From a bacterium (GTDB lineage Bacteria; UBA8248), in assembly GCA_963692865.2 (NCBI GenBank), contig OY843592.1, positions 2,816,001-2,880,000 of the forward strand: DNA of 64,000 bases, written 5' to 3'. The number at the start of each line of letters is the position of its first letter. Within the stretch, counting starts at the first letter, position 1. Position numbers and translations under genes: made by a program. Positions 40,297 to 51,810 of the stretch are shown here, piece by piece. A model generated the notes under the pieces. It searched no databases and was not told the origin of the DNA. It saw nothing but the letters and a program-made list of their open reading frames with translations.

Positions 40297-40826
40297 TGTC
40301 CAAAAATTCCAACAACACCAAGGATGATACACATACGATAGCGGTTTTGGTGGAGAACAAATTCGGCGTTCTCGCCAAGGTGGCGAGTCTGTTCAGCGCC
40401 CGAGGCTACAACATCGACAGCCTTTGCGTGGGGGTGACGCAGGACCCGAGCGTATCCCGAATCACTCTCGTCACGCGCGGAGACGCAAAAGTTCTCGAGC
40501 AGATCAGAAAACACCTCAGCAAGCTCATCGACACCTTTAAGGTGATGGATATGGGCGAGACGGACAGCGTCGAACGAGAGATGATTCTCATCAAGATTTC
40601 GGCGCCGAAAGCCGCGCGGCCGGAGATTTTCCAAATCATAGACGTTTTCCGGGGCCGTGTCGTCGACGTGTCCACAGATACCATTACCGTTGAAGTCACA
40701 GGCGATGAGGGGAAGATTCAAGCCATTTTGAATTTGCTCCAACCATTCGGCATCAAAGAGATCGCCCGCACGGGCAAAGTCGCTCTCACCCGCGGGGCCA
40801 AAACCCTCAAGGGTTCTAAAAATTGA
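40296..40826 (+). CDS. ilvN: Acetolactate synthase small subunit, copy 2
   Basis: ENKFGVLAKVASLFSARGYNIDS; EIARTG. Confidence 0.93.
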   Translation: MSKNSNNTKDDTHTIAVLVENKFGVLAKVASLFSARGYNIDSLCVGVTQDPSVSRITLVTRGDAKVLEQIRKHLSKLIDTFKVMDMGETDSVEREMILIKISAPKAARPEIFQIIDVFRGRVVDVSTDTITVEVTGDEGKIQAILNLLQPFGIKEIARTGKVALTRGAKTLKGSKN

Positions 40827-40829
40827 CCC

Positions 40830-41486
40830 ATGAGTGAAAGAGACCACCCCGGCAGGCCATTTATTGCGAAAGAGGGTTGGGGCTATGCTTCGGGTTTATC
40901 GGCCATCGGCCTCATCTCGCTCCTCTTCGGGGGATGGATGTGGGCAACTCTTTTTTTCCTGCTGGCCGCGGCTGTAGCCGGTTTTTTCAGAGATCCTGAT
41001 CGCATTCCGCCTGATGAGCCGGGCGTCGTCTTATCCCCGGCTGATGGTCGGGTCGTGGAGGTCGCCCTTACCAAAGAAGGCGGCAGTGTGGTCCGTATTT
41101 TCCTTTCTCCCCTTGACGTTCATATCAACAGATCGCCCGTGGACGGGAGAATATCGAGCATTCACTATCAAAAAGGCCGTTTCCTGGCTGCCTACAAAGA
41201 AGCCGCCTCAAGTATCAATGAACAAAACGCTTTGGAAATCGAAACGAACACAGGCGATGATTTCAGAGTCGTTCAAATCGCCGGCGTCTTGGCTCGGCGA
41301 ATCGTCTGCTGGCCTAAAGCGGGCGATACCATAAGCGCGGGAGAGCGCTTCGGGCTGATTCAATTCGGCTCGCGAACAGATCTGTATTTTCCGGCAGGAT
41401 ATGATATATCCGTAGAACAGGGACAGCGCGTTCGCGGAGGAGAAACCATCGTTGGACGAACAAGCCACCAGACAGCCGCGGAATAA
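40830..41486 (+). CDS. psd: Phosphatidylserine decarboxylase proenzyme
   Basis: FFRDPDR, SPADG, DVHINRSP, FGSR cleavage motif. Confidence 0.93.
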   Translation: MSERDHPGRPFIAKEGWGYASGLSAIGLISLLFGGWMWATLFFLLAAAVAGFFRDPDRIPPDEPGVVLSPADGRVVEVALTKEGGSVVRIFLSPLDVHINRSPVDGRISSIHYQKGRFLAAYKEAASSINEQNALEIETNTGDDFRVVQIAGVLARRIVCWPKAGDTISAGERFGLIQFGSRTDLYFPAGYDISVEQGQRVRGGETIVGRTSHQTAAE

Positions 41487-42288
41487 ATTTGGGCGTCGTT
41501 CACGCAGGAGAAGACGCCGCTCAGGAAGGCGTTCTTTTCAGCGAGGGATATTCCTGGTTCCCAATCTGCTGACAACAGGCAGTCTTTTCGCCGGTTTCTA
41601 TGCGATCGTCGCATCCATCCAGGGAGACTTCACCTGGGCCTCGCTGGCCATATTGTTGGCCATCGTTTTAGATGGGCTCGATGGCACTGTCGCCCGATTG
41701 ACGAAGAGCACAAGTCCTTTTGGCCTTCAATACGACTCATTGTGCGATCTGACGGCTTTCGGCATTGCGCCGGCGATTTTGATATATACTTGGCTCCTCG
41801 CTCCTTACGGGAGAATCGGCTGGCTGGCCACATTCATTTTCGCCGCTTGCGGCGCCTTGAGGCTGGCGCGCTTTAACGTGTTGGCGCAAGCGGGCAGCGG
41901 TTCCATGGATTTCCGAGGGCTGCCGATACCCGGGGCGGCGGGTGTTTTGGCATCCATCGTATATTTGGTGGAAGATTTTTCGATCAAAGCTCACATCCCC
42001 CTTATTCTTATTGCGGCGCTCAGCTACGTACTGGCATTCCTGATGGTGAGCACCATCCGTTACAAGAGTTTCAAGGACTTAAGCGGCCCTCTTATCAGAC
42101 CATTCCGCGTCCTCGTCGGCGTGGTGCTCGCTCTTTTCGTGGCGGCGGCGATTCCTCAGGTGGTCGCCTGTCTGGCTTTTGTTGGTTATGCCGCATCCGG
42201 CCCCTATGGACTGATAACGAGATGGCGGAAAACCAAACGAGAGAGTGCCTTAGAAAATTTCGAAGGAACCCATTCGGAAACTTCATAA
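41452..42288 (+). CDS. pssA: CDP-diacylglycerol--serine O-phosphatidyltransferase
   Basis: PNLLT, DGLDGTVAR...FGLQYDSLCD, LRLARFN; start uncertain. Confidence 0.93.
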   Translation: MDEQATRQPRNKFGRRSRRRRRRSGRRSFQRGIFLVPNLLTTGSLFAGFYAIVASIQGDFTWASLAILLAIVLDGLDGTVARLTKSTSPFGLQYDSLCDLTAFGIAPAILIYTWLLAPYGRIGWLATFIFAACGALRLARFNVLAQAGSGSMDFRGLPIPGAAGVLASIVYLVEDFSIKAHIPLILIAALSYVLAFLMVSTIRYKSFKDLSGPLIRPFRVLVGVVLALFVAAAIPQVVACLAFVGYAASGPYGLITRWRKTKRESALENFEGTHSETS

Positions 42289-42369
42289 TCCTCCCTGAAG
42301 CGCGTTTTATGCCGCTGTAACCGGCTCGAATCATGAGCGCATCTCATCTTCTTGCTTGTTTCCCCTCGA

Positions 42370-42398
42370 TTGCGCTCTCACCAAATTGTATTCATAAT
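42370..42398 (+). promoter_or_regulatory. Putative sigma70 promoter of lptD
   Basis: TTGCGC-N17-CATAAT. Confidence 0.4.
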
Positions 42399-42469
42399 CC
42401 ATTCGACTCAAAATCGTTTTTGGAAAGCCCGGCTCATCTGAAGTCAGAGATAGTTCTTCACGAATCACG

Positions 42470-44794
42470 ATGATGAGAATCTCCGTGTCAAACAATCCAA
42501 AATTCGCTTTTCTGAAAACACATGGGCTTTATTTATCAATCACCATTTTCTCCCTCGTATTTTTCTGGGCGCCGTCTTTACCTCAGGCACAACAAAAAAA
42601 TGGCGCGCAAGCCCCTGTCAATCCGACTACCAGAAGCGACGAGGGTCTCCGGTTCTTGAGAGAGCAGGAAGCGTCCATCGCCATCACGGCAGATGAAATA
42701 CGAGAAGATCGGGAGCGGCAACGAATTATCGGTCGTGGGGCTGCGGACATCCGGTATCTAGGCAAAAGAATCCGGGCGAACCATATCGAGGTGCAGACAT
42801 CGACGCGCGATGGCGTCGCTACCGGAGACATTGTTTTTCAAACAAGGGATGACCGTATCGTCGCGAACCGCATCGAGTTCAATCTCGATACCGAACGGAT
42901 GGTCGTATTCAACGCGCGTGGCTTTATCGGTGCTACTTATTATGTGACGGGAAGAGTGATTCGGCGCTTGTCCGAGGACTGGTATGAAATCCAGGGAGGC
43001 ACCTTCACAACGTGCGAAGGAGATCTGCCGGACTGGGCTTTCGGCTTCGAGCAGGCGACCTTCCAGGTCGAGGGCTATGCCCAACTCGAAGCTCCCACTA
43101 TGACGGTGAAGGGCGTGCCTGCGGTTTTTCTCCCTTGGGCCATGGTGCCGATAAAAACAAAGAGAGCCACCGGCTTCCTCCTACCGGGCATCGGCTCAAG
43201 CAGTCGAAACGGTTTCCAGTTTTCACCCTCGTTTTTCTGGGCCATCAACAACTCGTCGGACGCCACCTTCGGGGTCGATTATTTCACCAAGCGCGGGGTT
43301 CGCTACAAAGGAGAGTACCGCTACGCACCAAGTAGAAACACAGCGGGAGAAATAGCGGGCCGCTATCTGAAAGACAAACTCGACCGGACGACATTTTGGG
43401 ACGTCAAAGGATTCCATGGCACGAATTTCAAGGACATCGGAGGCAATCTGCACGCAGTGGTCGATTTGCAGAAACGCCCGACGAACGACCGCTCACTCGA
43501 AGGCGATTTGCTGACCCGCACACGCCAGGGAACGGATACCCATGTCACCTATACGCAAAATCTCCCAAAAATCGCCGGGCAGCTCCAATTGGGGATGAGG
43601 CGACGCGAAGGTTTTGGGAAAAACGATGAACAATTGTTTCAAAAGGCGCCGGAAATTATTCTGGGCATTCACAGCAAACGTTTGGTGAAAAGCGATTTAT
43701 ATTTCAACCTGGATTCCTCCTTCACCAATTTCAGAAAAACCGAAAACGAAAATACGCTTCGCTTGAGCCGGTTTCATGTCGAACCATCCTTATCGTTTCG
43801 CTTCGATACTGTTCCCTGGCTTGGCCTGACGCCCGAAATCGGATTCCGAAGAACCCACTGGACGCATCAGAAAACAGAGCCGGGTCTGGATTCGAACTTC
43901 GATGAGGCGCAATTCGTGGAATCCGGCCTGTCGCGTGAAATGTGGTTTACGAGGCTTCATGCGATTGGCCCGCGATACGGCAAAGTCTACCGGGGCGCAC
44001 TCGGCCCCTTACGGGATTTCAAGCACATTCTCTCGTTCGAGACGAAGTATCAATACAGCCCCAACAACGACACATACGACAGAAGCCTGATCATACCCCT
44101 GGATCCGGTGGATGAACTTCAGCATGGACACGCCATCGAATACGCCATCGTGAACCATGTGCTGACAAAAATGGCCGCAAAAGACGAATTCCAGACGAGG
44201 CAGTTGTTTCGGTATCGAATCAGCCAGACGTATGATATTGTCGAAGCGCGAAGGAATGAAGACCTGGACACGAGACCGAAACGTCCATTCGGCGACATCA
44301 ATTTCAGGTTGGAATCACGACCCATATCCAAATTTCGTCTGCTGCAACAAGTGAAATACAACCCATATGATTCAGAAATAAGCGAACATTCTACAGGCTT
44401 CCTTGTAGAGGATGGCAACAATTGGTACGTCAATACAGATCGGACCTGGACACGCCAAAGAGACGATTATCCAGAAAACGCAGGAAGCAGTTACCTGAAT
44501 TTCGCCGGAGGATTCTCCGTCAACCGCCATCTTTTTATCGAATACATCACACGCTTGAATAAAACTGAAAAGACCACGCTCGAACAAAGTATCTCGGCCC
44601 GCTACCTCGACTGTTGCTGGAGCGTGGAACTCACCATCACCGACACCAAGGATAAAAGCGACGTCTTTCTGGGTTTCAGCCTCATCGGTCTGCTTGAAGG
44701 CGACAAGGCCGTGGGTTTCACGCGCAGACGAAATGTTTTGCGAAAAGGCACATCTGGGGGAATCGGCTCATGGCCCCTTTCGCCTTTTGAGTAA
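42470..44794 (+). CDS. lptD: LPS assembly outer-membrane protein LptD
   Basis: Beta-jellyroll N-terminus, FTTCE..PDW, RATGFLLP, C-terminal DCCW. Confidence 0.88.
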   Translation: MMRISVSNNPKFAFLKTHGLYLSITIFSLVFFWAPSLPQAQQKNGAQAPVNPTTRSDEGLRFLREQEASIAITADEIREDRERQRIIGRGAADIRYLGKRIRANHIEVQTSTRDGVATGDIVFQTRDDRIVANRIEFNLDTERMVVFNARGFIGATYYVTGRVIRRLSEDWYEIQGGTFTTCEGDLPDWAFGFEQATFQVEGYAQLEAPTMTVKGVPAVFLPWAMVPIKTKRATGFLLPGIGSSSRNGFQFSPSFFWAINNSSDATFGVDYFTKRGVRYKGEYRYAPSRNTAGEIAGRYLKDKLDRTTFWDVKGFHGTNFKDIGGNLHAVVDLQKRPTNDRSLEGDLLTRTRQGTDTHVTYTQNLPKIAGQLQLGMRRREGFGKNDEQLFQKAPEIILGIHSKRLVKSDLYFNLDSSFTNFRKTENENTLRLSRFHVEPSLSFRFDTVPWLGLTPEIGFRRTHWTHQKTEPGLDSNFDEAQFVESGLSREMWFTRLHAIGPRYGKVYRGALGPLRDFKHILSFETKYQYSPNNDTYDRSLIIPLDPVDELQHGHAIEYAIVNHVLTKMAAKDEFQTRQLFRYRISQTYDIVEARRNEDLDTRPKRPFGDINFRLESRPISKFRLLQQVKYNPYDSEISEHSTGFLVEDGNNWYVNTDRTWTRQRDDYPENAGSSYLNFAGGFSVNRHLFIEYITRLNKTEKTTLEQSISARYLDCCWSVELTITDTKDKSDVFLGFSLIGLLEGDKAVGFTRRRNVLRKGTSGGIGSWPLSPFE

Positions 44795-44858
44795 GATAGA
44801 ACGACTTTTCTTTTACAATTGCGCAACCTGCATATCTTATGAAGGGTGAGACAGTCCA

Positions 44859-46184
44859 GTGAACATTTGTGTTATCGGCTGCGGATATGTGGGATTGGTC
44901 ACAGGGGCCATCTTCGCCGATTTGGGCAACGACGTCATCGGCGTAGACATCGACCAAAACCGCGTGGATACCCTGAACGCGGGAGGCTGCCCCATCCACG
45001 AACCCAGACTGCCCGAACTGCTGGAGCGCAACCTGAGAGAAGGCAGACTCACCTTCACCGCCTCCATCCCAGAAGCAGTGTTGAGGAACGAGATCATTTT
45101 CATCTGCGTGGGTACCCCGCCCGCTGAGGATGGCGGAACCGACCTCTCGCAAGTGAAGACGGCTGCGACAGGCATCGCTCGCGCGTTGAACAGCTACAAG
45201 ATCATCGTCAACAAAAGCACTGTGCCCGTAGGCACGGGGGATTTTGTTCGAGAGGTTATCGAAAAAAACGGTGTTGCTCCGACAGATTTCGACGTGGTCT
45301 GCAATCCGGAATTCTTGCGCGAAGGGCAAGCGGTGCGGGACACATTACAGCCGGACCGCATCGTTATCGGTTCATCATCGGAAAAAGCGGCGAAAACCGT
45401 TCAGTTTCTATACCAAGCCCTGAACGCTCCTTGCATCATCACGGACACGCAAAGCGCCGAGTTGATCAAATACGCCTCGAACGCGTTTCTAGCGATGAAA
45501 ATCACATTTATTAACGCGGTGGCGAATCTTTGCGAACAAACTCAAGCGGACATTCGGGAGGTCGCCAAAGGTATTGGCGCCGATTCGCGGATTGGCCCCG
45601 CCTTTCTCGGGGCAGGCTTAGGCTATGGCGGTTCCTGCTTCCCGAAAGACGTGGATGCCCTGTTGCACGCTTCCAGAAAACTCGGCGCTGAAATGCCCAT
45701 GCTGGAAACCATACGAGCCGAAAACGACAGCCGAGCACCCCGGTTCATCCAAAGAATCATCAAGAGAATCGGTGCGGAAAACAGATTGCCTCTCGAAGGA
45801 AAAACCATCGGCGTCTTGGGGTTATCGTTCAAACCGGACACGGACGACATGCGAGAAGCCAAAAGCATCGAAATTTGTCACGCGCTCCGAGAGGCGGGCG
45901 CCCGGCTGCGCGCATACGACCCCATCGCCACTGAAAACGCCAGGCGAATCATTGGCGACGAGAGGATCGAATACTGCAAAAGCCCCTACGAGGCAGCGAA
46001 AGGCGCAAGCGGAATCGTTATCGTCACCGAATGGCGCGAATTCATTCAGTTGAATCTGAATCGCTTGAAGTCGGAGATGATGGAGCCGATTATATTCGAC
46101 GGTCGAAACATCTACTCTTCTGAACAAATAACGGATGCTGGTTTTGAATACTTCAGCATCGGCAAAGCACCAGCGAAACTCTGA
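44859..46184 (+). CDS. ugd: UDP-glucose 6-dehydrogenase
   Basis: [41 protein letters not shown]. Confidence 0.95.
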   Translation: MNICVIGCGYVGLVTGAIFADLGNDVIGVDIDQNRVDTLNAGGCPIHEPRLPELLERNLREGRLTFTASIPEAVLRNEIIFICVGTPPAEDGGTDLSQVKTAATGIARALNSYKIIVNKSTVPVGTGDFVREVIEKNGVAPTDFDVVCNPEFLREGQAVRDTLQPDRIVIGSSSEKAAKTVQFLYQALNAPCIITDTQSAELIKYASNAFLAMKITFINAVANLCEQTQADIREVAKGIGADSRIGPAFLGAGLGYGGSCFPKDVDALLHASRKLGAEMPMLETIRAENDSRAPRFIQRIIKRIGAENRLPLEGKTIGVLGLSFKPDTDDMREAKSIEICHALREAGARLRAYDPIATENARRIIGDERIEYCKSPYEAAKGASGIVIVTEWREFIQLNLNRLKSEMMEPIIFDGRNIYSSEQITDAGFEYFSIGKAPAKL

Positions 46185-46186
46185 TA

Positions 46187-47143
46187 ATGAAAAACTCTCG
46201 CGTTGTGGTAACGGGTGGAGCGGGCTTCATCGGCTCCCATTTGTGCGACAAACTCATCGCGCTGGGCAACGATGTCGCATGCGTCGACAATTTCTTAACC
46301 GGACACCACTCCAACATCGGGCGCCTCCTTGAAAGCGGACATCCGCATTTCACGCTCATCGAACACAACGTGAGCGAACATATTCATGTCGAGGGAGAAG
46401 TGGACGCCGTTTTCCATCTCGCGAGTCCGGCCAGCCCGAACGACTACCTGAAATTTCCCATCCAAACATTAAAGGTCGGCTCCCTCGGCACCCACAACGC
46501 CGTCGGACTTGCAAAGGAAAAAAAGGCGCGATTTCTTCTGGCCTCCACCTCGGAAGTATATGGCGACCCCCAAATTCATCCGCAACACGAGGAATACTGG
46601 GGACACGTCAACCCCATCGGGCCGCGGGGCGTGTACGATGAAGCCAAAAGATTCTCGGAGGCAATGGCCATGGCCTATCACCGAACCCATCGCATCAACG
46701 TGCACATCGCACGCATTTTCAACACCTATGGCCCGAGAATGCGGCTCGCAGACGGACGCGCGATACCCACTTTTATCTCGCAAGCCATTCGGAATGAACC
46801 CCTCAGCGTCTTTGGCGATGGCCGGCAAACCAGAAGTTTTTGTTTCATCACCGATCTCATCGATGGCATCATCAAACTCATGGACAGCGAAATTCATGAA
46901 CCAGTCAACCTGGGGAATCCTTCGGAAATGACGGTTCTCGACCTTGCGGAGAAAATCATCGACCTCACAGGCTCAAATTCGGATATTGAGCATGAGCCGC
47001 TGCCGGTTGACGACCCGAAAGTCCGCCAACCCGACATCCGAAAAGCGAAAAAACACCTTGGCTGGGAGCCGGCGGTTTCTTTGGAGGAGGGCCTCCTGGC
47101 TACCATAAATGACTTCCGGAGGCGATTGAACATCAACCCTTGA
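46187..47143 (+). CDS. UDP-glucuronate decarboxylase (UDP-xylose synthase family)
   Basis: [40 protein letters not shown]. Confidence 0.9.
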   Translation: MKNSRVVVTGGAGFIGSHLCDKLIALGNDVACVDNFLTGHHSNIGRLLESGHPHFTLIEHNVSEHIHVEGEVDAVFHLASPASPNDYLKFPIQTLKVGSLGTHNAVGLAKEKKARFLLASTSEVYGDPQIHPQHEEYWGHVNPIGPRGVYDEAKRFSEAMAMAYHRTHRINVHIARIFNTYGPRMRLADGRAIPTFISQAIRNEPLSVFGDGRQTRSFCFITDLIDGIIKLMDSEIHEPVNLGNPSEMTVLDLAEKIIDLTGSNSDIEHEPLPVDDPKVRQPDIRKAKKHLGWEPAVSLEEGLLATINDFRRRLNINP

Positions 47144-47180
47144 AATTCGGCCCATGGTCGGCTAGATTGCAGGTCAGCGG

Positions 47181-47837
47181 GTGGATTCCCTGCCCTACCG
47201 TCTTTACCGCCCCACTACTCAGAGGCATCCTTTGGAACCATCGGCAAAGGAATTCCTGGCCGAACGCGCTTTGAGATACAAATCTCTCGCAGAGAGCGAT
47301 TTCTCCCGGCAAGTAGACGATATCTGCCGCGCCATCGTCGAATGCCTGGAATCCGATAAGAAAATCATTGCCTTCGGCAATGGCGGAAGCGCCGCGCTCG
47401 CCATGCACTTCACGGGTGAACTCGTAGGCCGCTTCCTGGCTGATCGCGCTCCCCTCCCCGCAATTTGCCTCAGCGGCGATACGAGCGCTCTCACCGCCAT
47501 CGGGAACGATTATACGTACGAGGAAATTTTCGGGCGCCAGATTCAGGCGCACGGACGAGCGGGAGACATCGCCCTGGGTCTGAGCACGAGCGGTAATTCG
47601 GCCAATATCGTCTGCGCCCTTAAGCGAGCCGGCTCCCTGGGGATGGTTGGCGTCGCGATGACCGGAAGCGGCGGCGGCCCTGTCTCCCGAGCCGCGAAAT
47701 ATGCGGCGAAAGTACCCTCGAATGACACCGGCTTCATACAGGAAGCCCATGAAGCCGCTCTTCATTATATTTGCCACCGTATTGATGAGGTTTTCACCAA
47801 GGACTCGCAAGAGCGTAAAATCGCCCTGAATGGTTGA
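47181..47837 (+). CDS. gmhA: Sedoheptulose 7-phosphate isomerase
   Basis: GNGGSAA, AIGNDY, STSGNS, IQEAH; true start likely downstream. Confidence 0.88.
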   Translation: MDSLPYRLYRPTTQRHPLEPSAKEFLAERALRYKSLAESDFSRQVDDICRAIVECLESDKKIIAFGNGGSAALAMHFTGELVGRFLADRAPLPAICLSGDTSALTAIGNDYTYEEIFGRQIQAHGRAGDIALGLSTSGNSANIVCALKRAGSLGMVGVAMTGSGGGPVSRAAKYAAKVPSNDTGFIQEAHEAALHYICHRIDEVFTKDSQERKIALNG

Positions 47838-48661
47838 GTGGAATTAACGACGGGACGCGAGACGTGGAAATCGGAGTTCTAGGCAGCGGGAGTCGGGGCA
47901 ACGCCTCTTTGGTTCGTTCAAACGGTGCTGCGTTTCTCGTCGATGCAGGCCTCAGCGCACGACAAATCACCAAACGCCTGGAAACCTACGGCATCCGCCC
48001 GCAAGATTTGATGGCCATCGTGCTCACGCATGAACACATCGATCACATCAGAAGCGCAGGTACTCTGGCGAGAAGATGGAATCTGCCCCTTTGGACGAAC
48101 AAAGCCACATACACGGCAAGCCTGGAGACGATAGGCGAGACGCCTGCGTGGACGGAAATTGAAGTGGGGCTCCCTTTTCAGATCGGAGGCGTACGAGTGG
48201 AGCCTTTCAGCACGCCACACGATGCGGCCGACCCCTTCGGGATGATATTCAGCGCAGAAGACGGGCGCCGCGTCGGTTTCGCCACCGACATGGGATTCGT
48301 CACGAATCTGGCGCGCCAGCGGCTCCAGGGGCTTCAGGGACTCGTTCTGGAATTCAATCATGACGTGGAAATGCTCATCAACGGCCCCTACCCCTGGCCG
48401 ATCAAACAGAGGATTCGAGGCAAACTCGGACACCTCAGCAATACGGATGCTGCGAAACTGCTGGATAACATCGTCACGGCCGACTTCGAGTGGCTCATCT
48501 GCGCGCATATCTCACAGGAGAATAACGACGACCAGCTTCTCCTGGAGACGGCCAGAAAGGCGTTGAACGGCCATGGACGGAGAAATATCCTGAGCGCTTC
48601 TCAGGATGAGCCGACTCCCCTCGTGGGCGCCGGAGGAATAGCGGCGGAGGATACTTCTTGA
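47834..48661 (+). CDS. MBL-fold metallo-hydrolase (YycJ/WalJ-like)
   Basis: GSGSRGN, THEHIDH, PHDAADP, GHLSN. Confidence 0.88.
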   Translation: MSGINDGTRDVEIGVLGSGSRGNASLVRSNGAAFLVDAGLSARQITKRLETYGIRPQDLMAIVLTHEHIDHIRSAGTLARRWNLPLWTNKATYTASLETIGETPAWTEIEVGLPFQIGGVRVEPFSTPHDAADPFGMIFSAEDGRRVGFATDMGFVTNLARQRLQGLQGLVLEFNHDVEMLINGPYPWPIKQRIRGKLGHLSNTDAAKLLDNIVTADFEWLICAHISQENNDDQLLLETARKALNGHGRRNILSASQDEPTPLVGAGGIAAEDTS

Positions 48662-49965
48662 TTCCGAGATACACACGCCCCGAAATGGCGAAAATATGGG
48701 AAGAACATGAAAAACTGCAGCGCATGCTGGACGTGGAGATAGCCGTTTGCGAGGAAATGAGCGCACGTGGTGAAATTCCAGAAGACGCGCTTGAGGAGAT
48801 TAAATCGAAAGCGGCGTTCGACCCCGAGCGGATCAAGGAGATCGAGCGCGTCACCAAGCACGACGTCATCGCCTTTCTCACCAACGTGGCGGAGCACGTA
48901 GGGCTGGCCTCGCGCTACATTCACCTCGGCATGACGAGCAGCGACGTCCTCGATACCGGTCTCGCCCTTCAGCTCATATCCGCCGCCGACATCATTCTCG
49001 ATGACATTCAGGAACTCAAAAAAACCCTGAAAGAACGCGCACTGGAGCAAAAACACACCATCATATCGGGCAGAACCCACGGGATGCACGCTGAACCCAC
49101 GACTCTTGGTCTCAAAATAGCCACCTGGTACACCGAGTTCGAACGCGCGTCCGAGCGAATGCAAAGCGCGCGGGAAGCCGTTCGCGTCGGTCAGATATCC
49201 GGCGCCGTAGGCGCATGTCCCCACATCCCGCCGGATGCCGAAGAGGCCATCTGCGAGCGCCTGGGTCTCAAGGTGGACCGCGTAAGCAGCCAAATCATCC
49301 AGCGCGACCGCCATGCGGAGTATCACCTTGCTCTCGCTCTCGTGGCGGCGAGCATCTCCCGCGTGGCGACGGAGGTGCGTCACCTGCAAAGGAATGAAGT
49401 GGGCGAAGCGGAAGAGTTCTTCAGCAAAGGCCAGAAAGGGAGTTCCGCCATGCCCCACAAGAGAAATCCCGTGGTTTCGGAACAACTGTGTGGCCTTGCC
49501 CGCGTGGTGCAGGGAAACGCCACGGCGGCTCTGCAGAACGTCCCTCTATGGCATGAACGCGACATATCCCACTCATCCGTGGAACGCGTGATATTGCCGG
49601 ACAGCACGATTCTAGTCGATTACATGCTGGTCAAATTGAACGACTTGATGAAAAACTGGGTCGTGTATCCCGACAAGATGCTGGAAAACCTCGATCGCTC
49701 GAAGGGGTTGCTCCTCAGCGAACATGTCATGCTCGCCCTGATTCGCAAAACGGGCATCACCCGGGAGGAAGCCTACGCGCGCGTTCAGGCGCCCGCCATG
49801 GAAACATGGGCAGAAGGAGGCGATTTTCAGGCGAAACTGGCAGCGGATCCCCAAGTGGGCGGCGTGCTGGGCGAAGAAGAACTCTCCCATTGCTTCGACA
49901 TGAGCGCTCATCTGAAAAATCTGGACAAGATTTTCGAGCGCGTCTTCGGCGCCGATGGCGAATGA
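48658..49965 (+). CDS. purB: Adenylosuccinate lyase
   Basis: MIPRY, HDVIAF, GRTHGMHAEPT, GSSAMPHKRNP. Confidence 0.97.
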   Translation: MIPRYTRPEMAKIWEEHEKLQRMLDVEIAVCEEMSARGEIPEDALEEIKSKAAFDPERIKEIERVTKHDVIAFLTNVAEHVGLASRYIHLGMTSSDVLDTGLALQLISAADIILDDIQELKKTLKERALEQKHTIISGRTHGMHAEPTTLGLKIATWYTEFERASERMQSAREAVRVGQISGAVGACPHIPPDAEEAICERLGLKVDRVSSQIIQRDRHAEYHLALALVAASISRVATEVRHLQRNEVGEAEEFFSKGQKGSSAMPHKRNPVVSEQLCGLARVVQGNATAALQNVPLWHERDISHSSVERVILPDSTILVDYMLVKLNDLMKNWVVYPDKMLENLDRSKGLLLSEHVMLALIRKTGITREEAYARVQAPAMETWAEGGDFQAKLAADPQVGGVLGEEELSHCFDMSAHLKNLDKIFERVFGADGE

Positions 49966-50118
49966 AACTGAATAAGCGGGGTGACAAACAAGGGAATAGT
50001 TATGTTAGTATAAGAAGTCCAAATCGCCCGATATGGTCGTTTTCTAACCCGCTCAATTGATGGAATACCCCCTAAGACGAAGGTTCGAATTCAGCGATCC
50101 TCGGATGGAGAATTGTTC

Positions 50119-50832
50119 ATGGAACGCGGCAGACAGGTTTACGAAGGCAAGGCCAAAATCATCTACGAGACCGACAACCCAGATTACTACATTCAGTTCT
50201 TCAAAGACGATGCTTCCGCATTCAACGCCAAGAAACTCGGCACCATTGAAGCCAAGGGAGTTTTCAACAACTCCATCTCCTCTCGCCTGCTGCAAGAGGT
50301 GGAGCGCCAGGGCGTGCCGACGCATTACGTGGAAAAACTCTCCGAGCGGGAGATGCTGGTGAAAAAACTCGACATCATTCTGGTCGAAGTGGTGCTGAGG
50401 AACATCATCGCGGGAAGTCTGGCCAAGCGGATGGGCGTGGAGGAAGGCGCCCGCCTCCCGAACACGATAGTCGACCTGCATCTGAAAAACGATGAACTCG
50501 ATGACCCGCTCATCAACGAAGACACCGCCGTGGCCTTCGGCCTCGCGACGCGCGAAGAACTCGCGCAGATGCGCGAATACGCCTTCAAGGTGAACGACAT
50601 CCTCACCTCGTTTTTCTCCGATCGGAACATCGACCTCGTGGACTTCAAGCTCGAATTCGGGCGCTGCGCCGCGGAGGGCGGCAAGCTGCTCCTGGGCGAT
50701 GAAATCACGCCGGACGGCTGCCGTTTCTGGGAGAAGGGAACGGGCCGGAAACTGGATAAGGATCGCTTCCGCAGGGACCTGGGACAGGTGGAAGACGCAT
50801 ACGCCGAAGTCGAAAAACTCGTCATAGAATAA
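50119..50832 (+). CDS. purC: SAICAR synthase
   Basis: YEGKAK, LVDFKLEFG, DEITPD, DKDRFR. Confidence 0.97.
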   Translation: MERGRQVYEGKAKIIYETDNPDYYIQFFKDDASAFNAKKLGTIEAKGVFNNSISSRLLQEVERQGVPTHYVEKLSEREMLVKKLDIILVEVVLRNIIAGSLAKRMGVEEGARLPNTIVDLHLKNDELDDPLINEDTAVAFGLATREELAQMREYAFKVNDILTSFFSDRNIDLVDFKLEFGRCAAEGGKLLLGDEITPDGCRFWEKGTGRKLDKDRFRRDLGQVEDAYAEVEKLVIE

Positions 50833-50851
50833 CTTTCGCCCTGAGGTGGTG

Positions 50852-51115
50852 ATGCCGAAAGCCCTGGTCTACGTGACGTTCAAAACGGGCGTGCTCGACC
50901 CTCAGGGGGAAGCCGTTCGGGGAGCGCTCTCCTCCCTTGGATTCAAGGGCGTGAACGACGTGCGCGTGGGAAAATTCATCGAGATAGAACTCGAAGACGC
51001 GGACGACGTTCATGCCGATATTGAAAAAATGTGCCGCGACCTGCTCGCCAACCCCGTCATCGAAGACTACCGTATCGAAATGGCGGACGAGTCTACGAAC
51101 GGCGAGAGTCGGTAA
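50852..51115 (+). CDS. purS: FGAM synthase subunit PurS
   Basis: [21 protein letters not shown]. Confidence 0.96.
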   Translation: MPKALVYVTFKTGVLDPQGEAVRGALSSLGFKGVNDVRVGKFIEIELEDADDVHADIEKMCRDLLANPVIEDYRIEMADESTNGESR

Positions 51116-51810
51116 TGCGGTTCGCCGTCATCGTCTTCCCCGGCTCCAATTGCGATCATGACTGCTACCACGCCATCAAGGACGTTCTGAAACAGCCGGT
51201 GCGGTTCGTCTGGCACAAGGAAACCTCTCTGGCAGACGCGGAGGTGGTGATACTCCCTGGAGGTTTCAGCTACGGGGATTATCTAAGGGCCGGCGCCATA
51301 TCGCGCTTCTCTCCCATCATGAAGGCCGTTTCCGCCCATGCCCGGGAGGGGCGTCCCCTGCTCGGCATATGCAACGGCTTTCAGTGCCTGACCGAATCGG
51401 GCCTCCTCCCCGGGGCCTTGAGGAGAAACGAGTCGCTGCGCTTCGTTTGTGACGATGTTTGGCTGAAATGCGAAACACCGAGAACCCCCTTCACCTGCGG
51501 CATCGAGCCGGAAGAAGTCCTCAAAATGACCATCGCGCATGGAGAGGGGAACTACTTCTGCGATTCCGCTACGCTCGCCGAACTCGAAGACAACGAGCAG
51601 ATAGTCTTCCGCTACACGAACGCGGCGGGAAGCGTGGACACTGAAGCGAATCCCAACGGATCGATAGAAAACATCGCGGGTATATGCAACCTGGCTGGAA
51701 ACGTGGTTGGCCTCATGCCGCATCCCGAGCGCAGCTGCGACCTCCTGCTCGGCGGCGAGGACGGGCTCAAGATGTTCACGTCCGTGCTGCATATGGTGGC
51801 GGCATCGTGA
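51115..51810 (+). CDS. purQ: FGAM synthase glutaminase subunit
   Basis: [29 protein letters not shown]. Confidence 0.97.
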   Translation: MRFAVIVFPGSNCDHDCYHAIKDVLKQPVRFVWHKETSLADAEVVILPGGFSYGDYLRAGAISRFSPIMKAVSAHAREGRPLLGICNGFQCLTESGLLPGALRRNESLRFVCDDVWLKCETPRTPFTCGIEPEEVLKMTIAHGEGNYFCDSATLAELEDNEQIVFRYTNAAGSVDTEANPNGSIENIAGICNLAGNVVGLMPHPERSCDLLLGGEDGLKMFTSVLHMVAAS

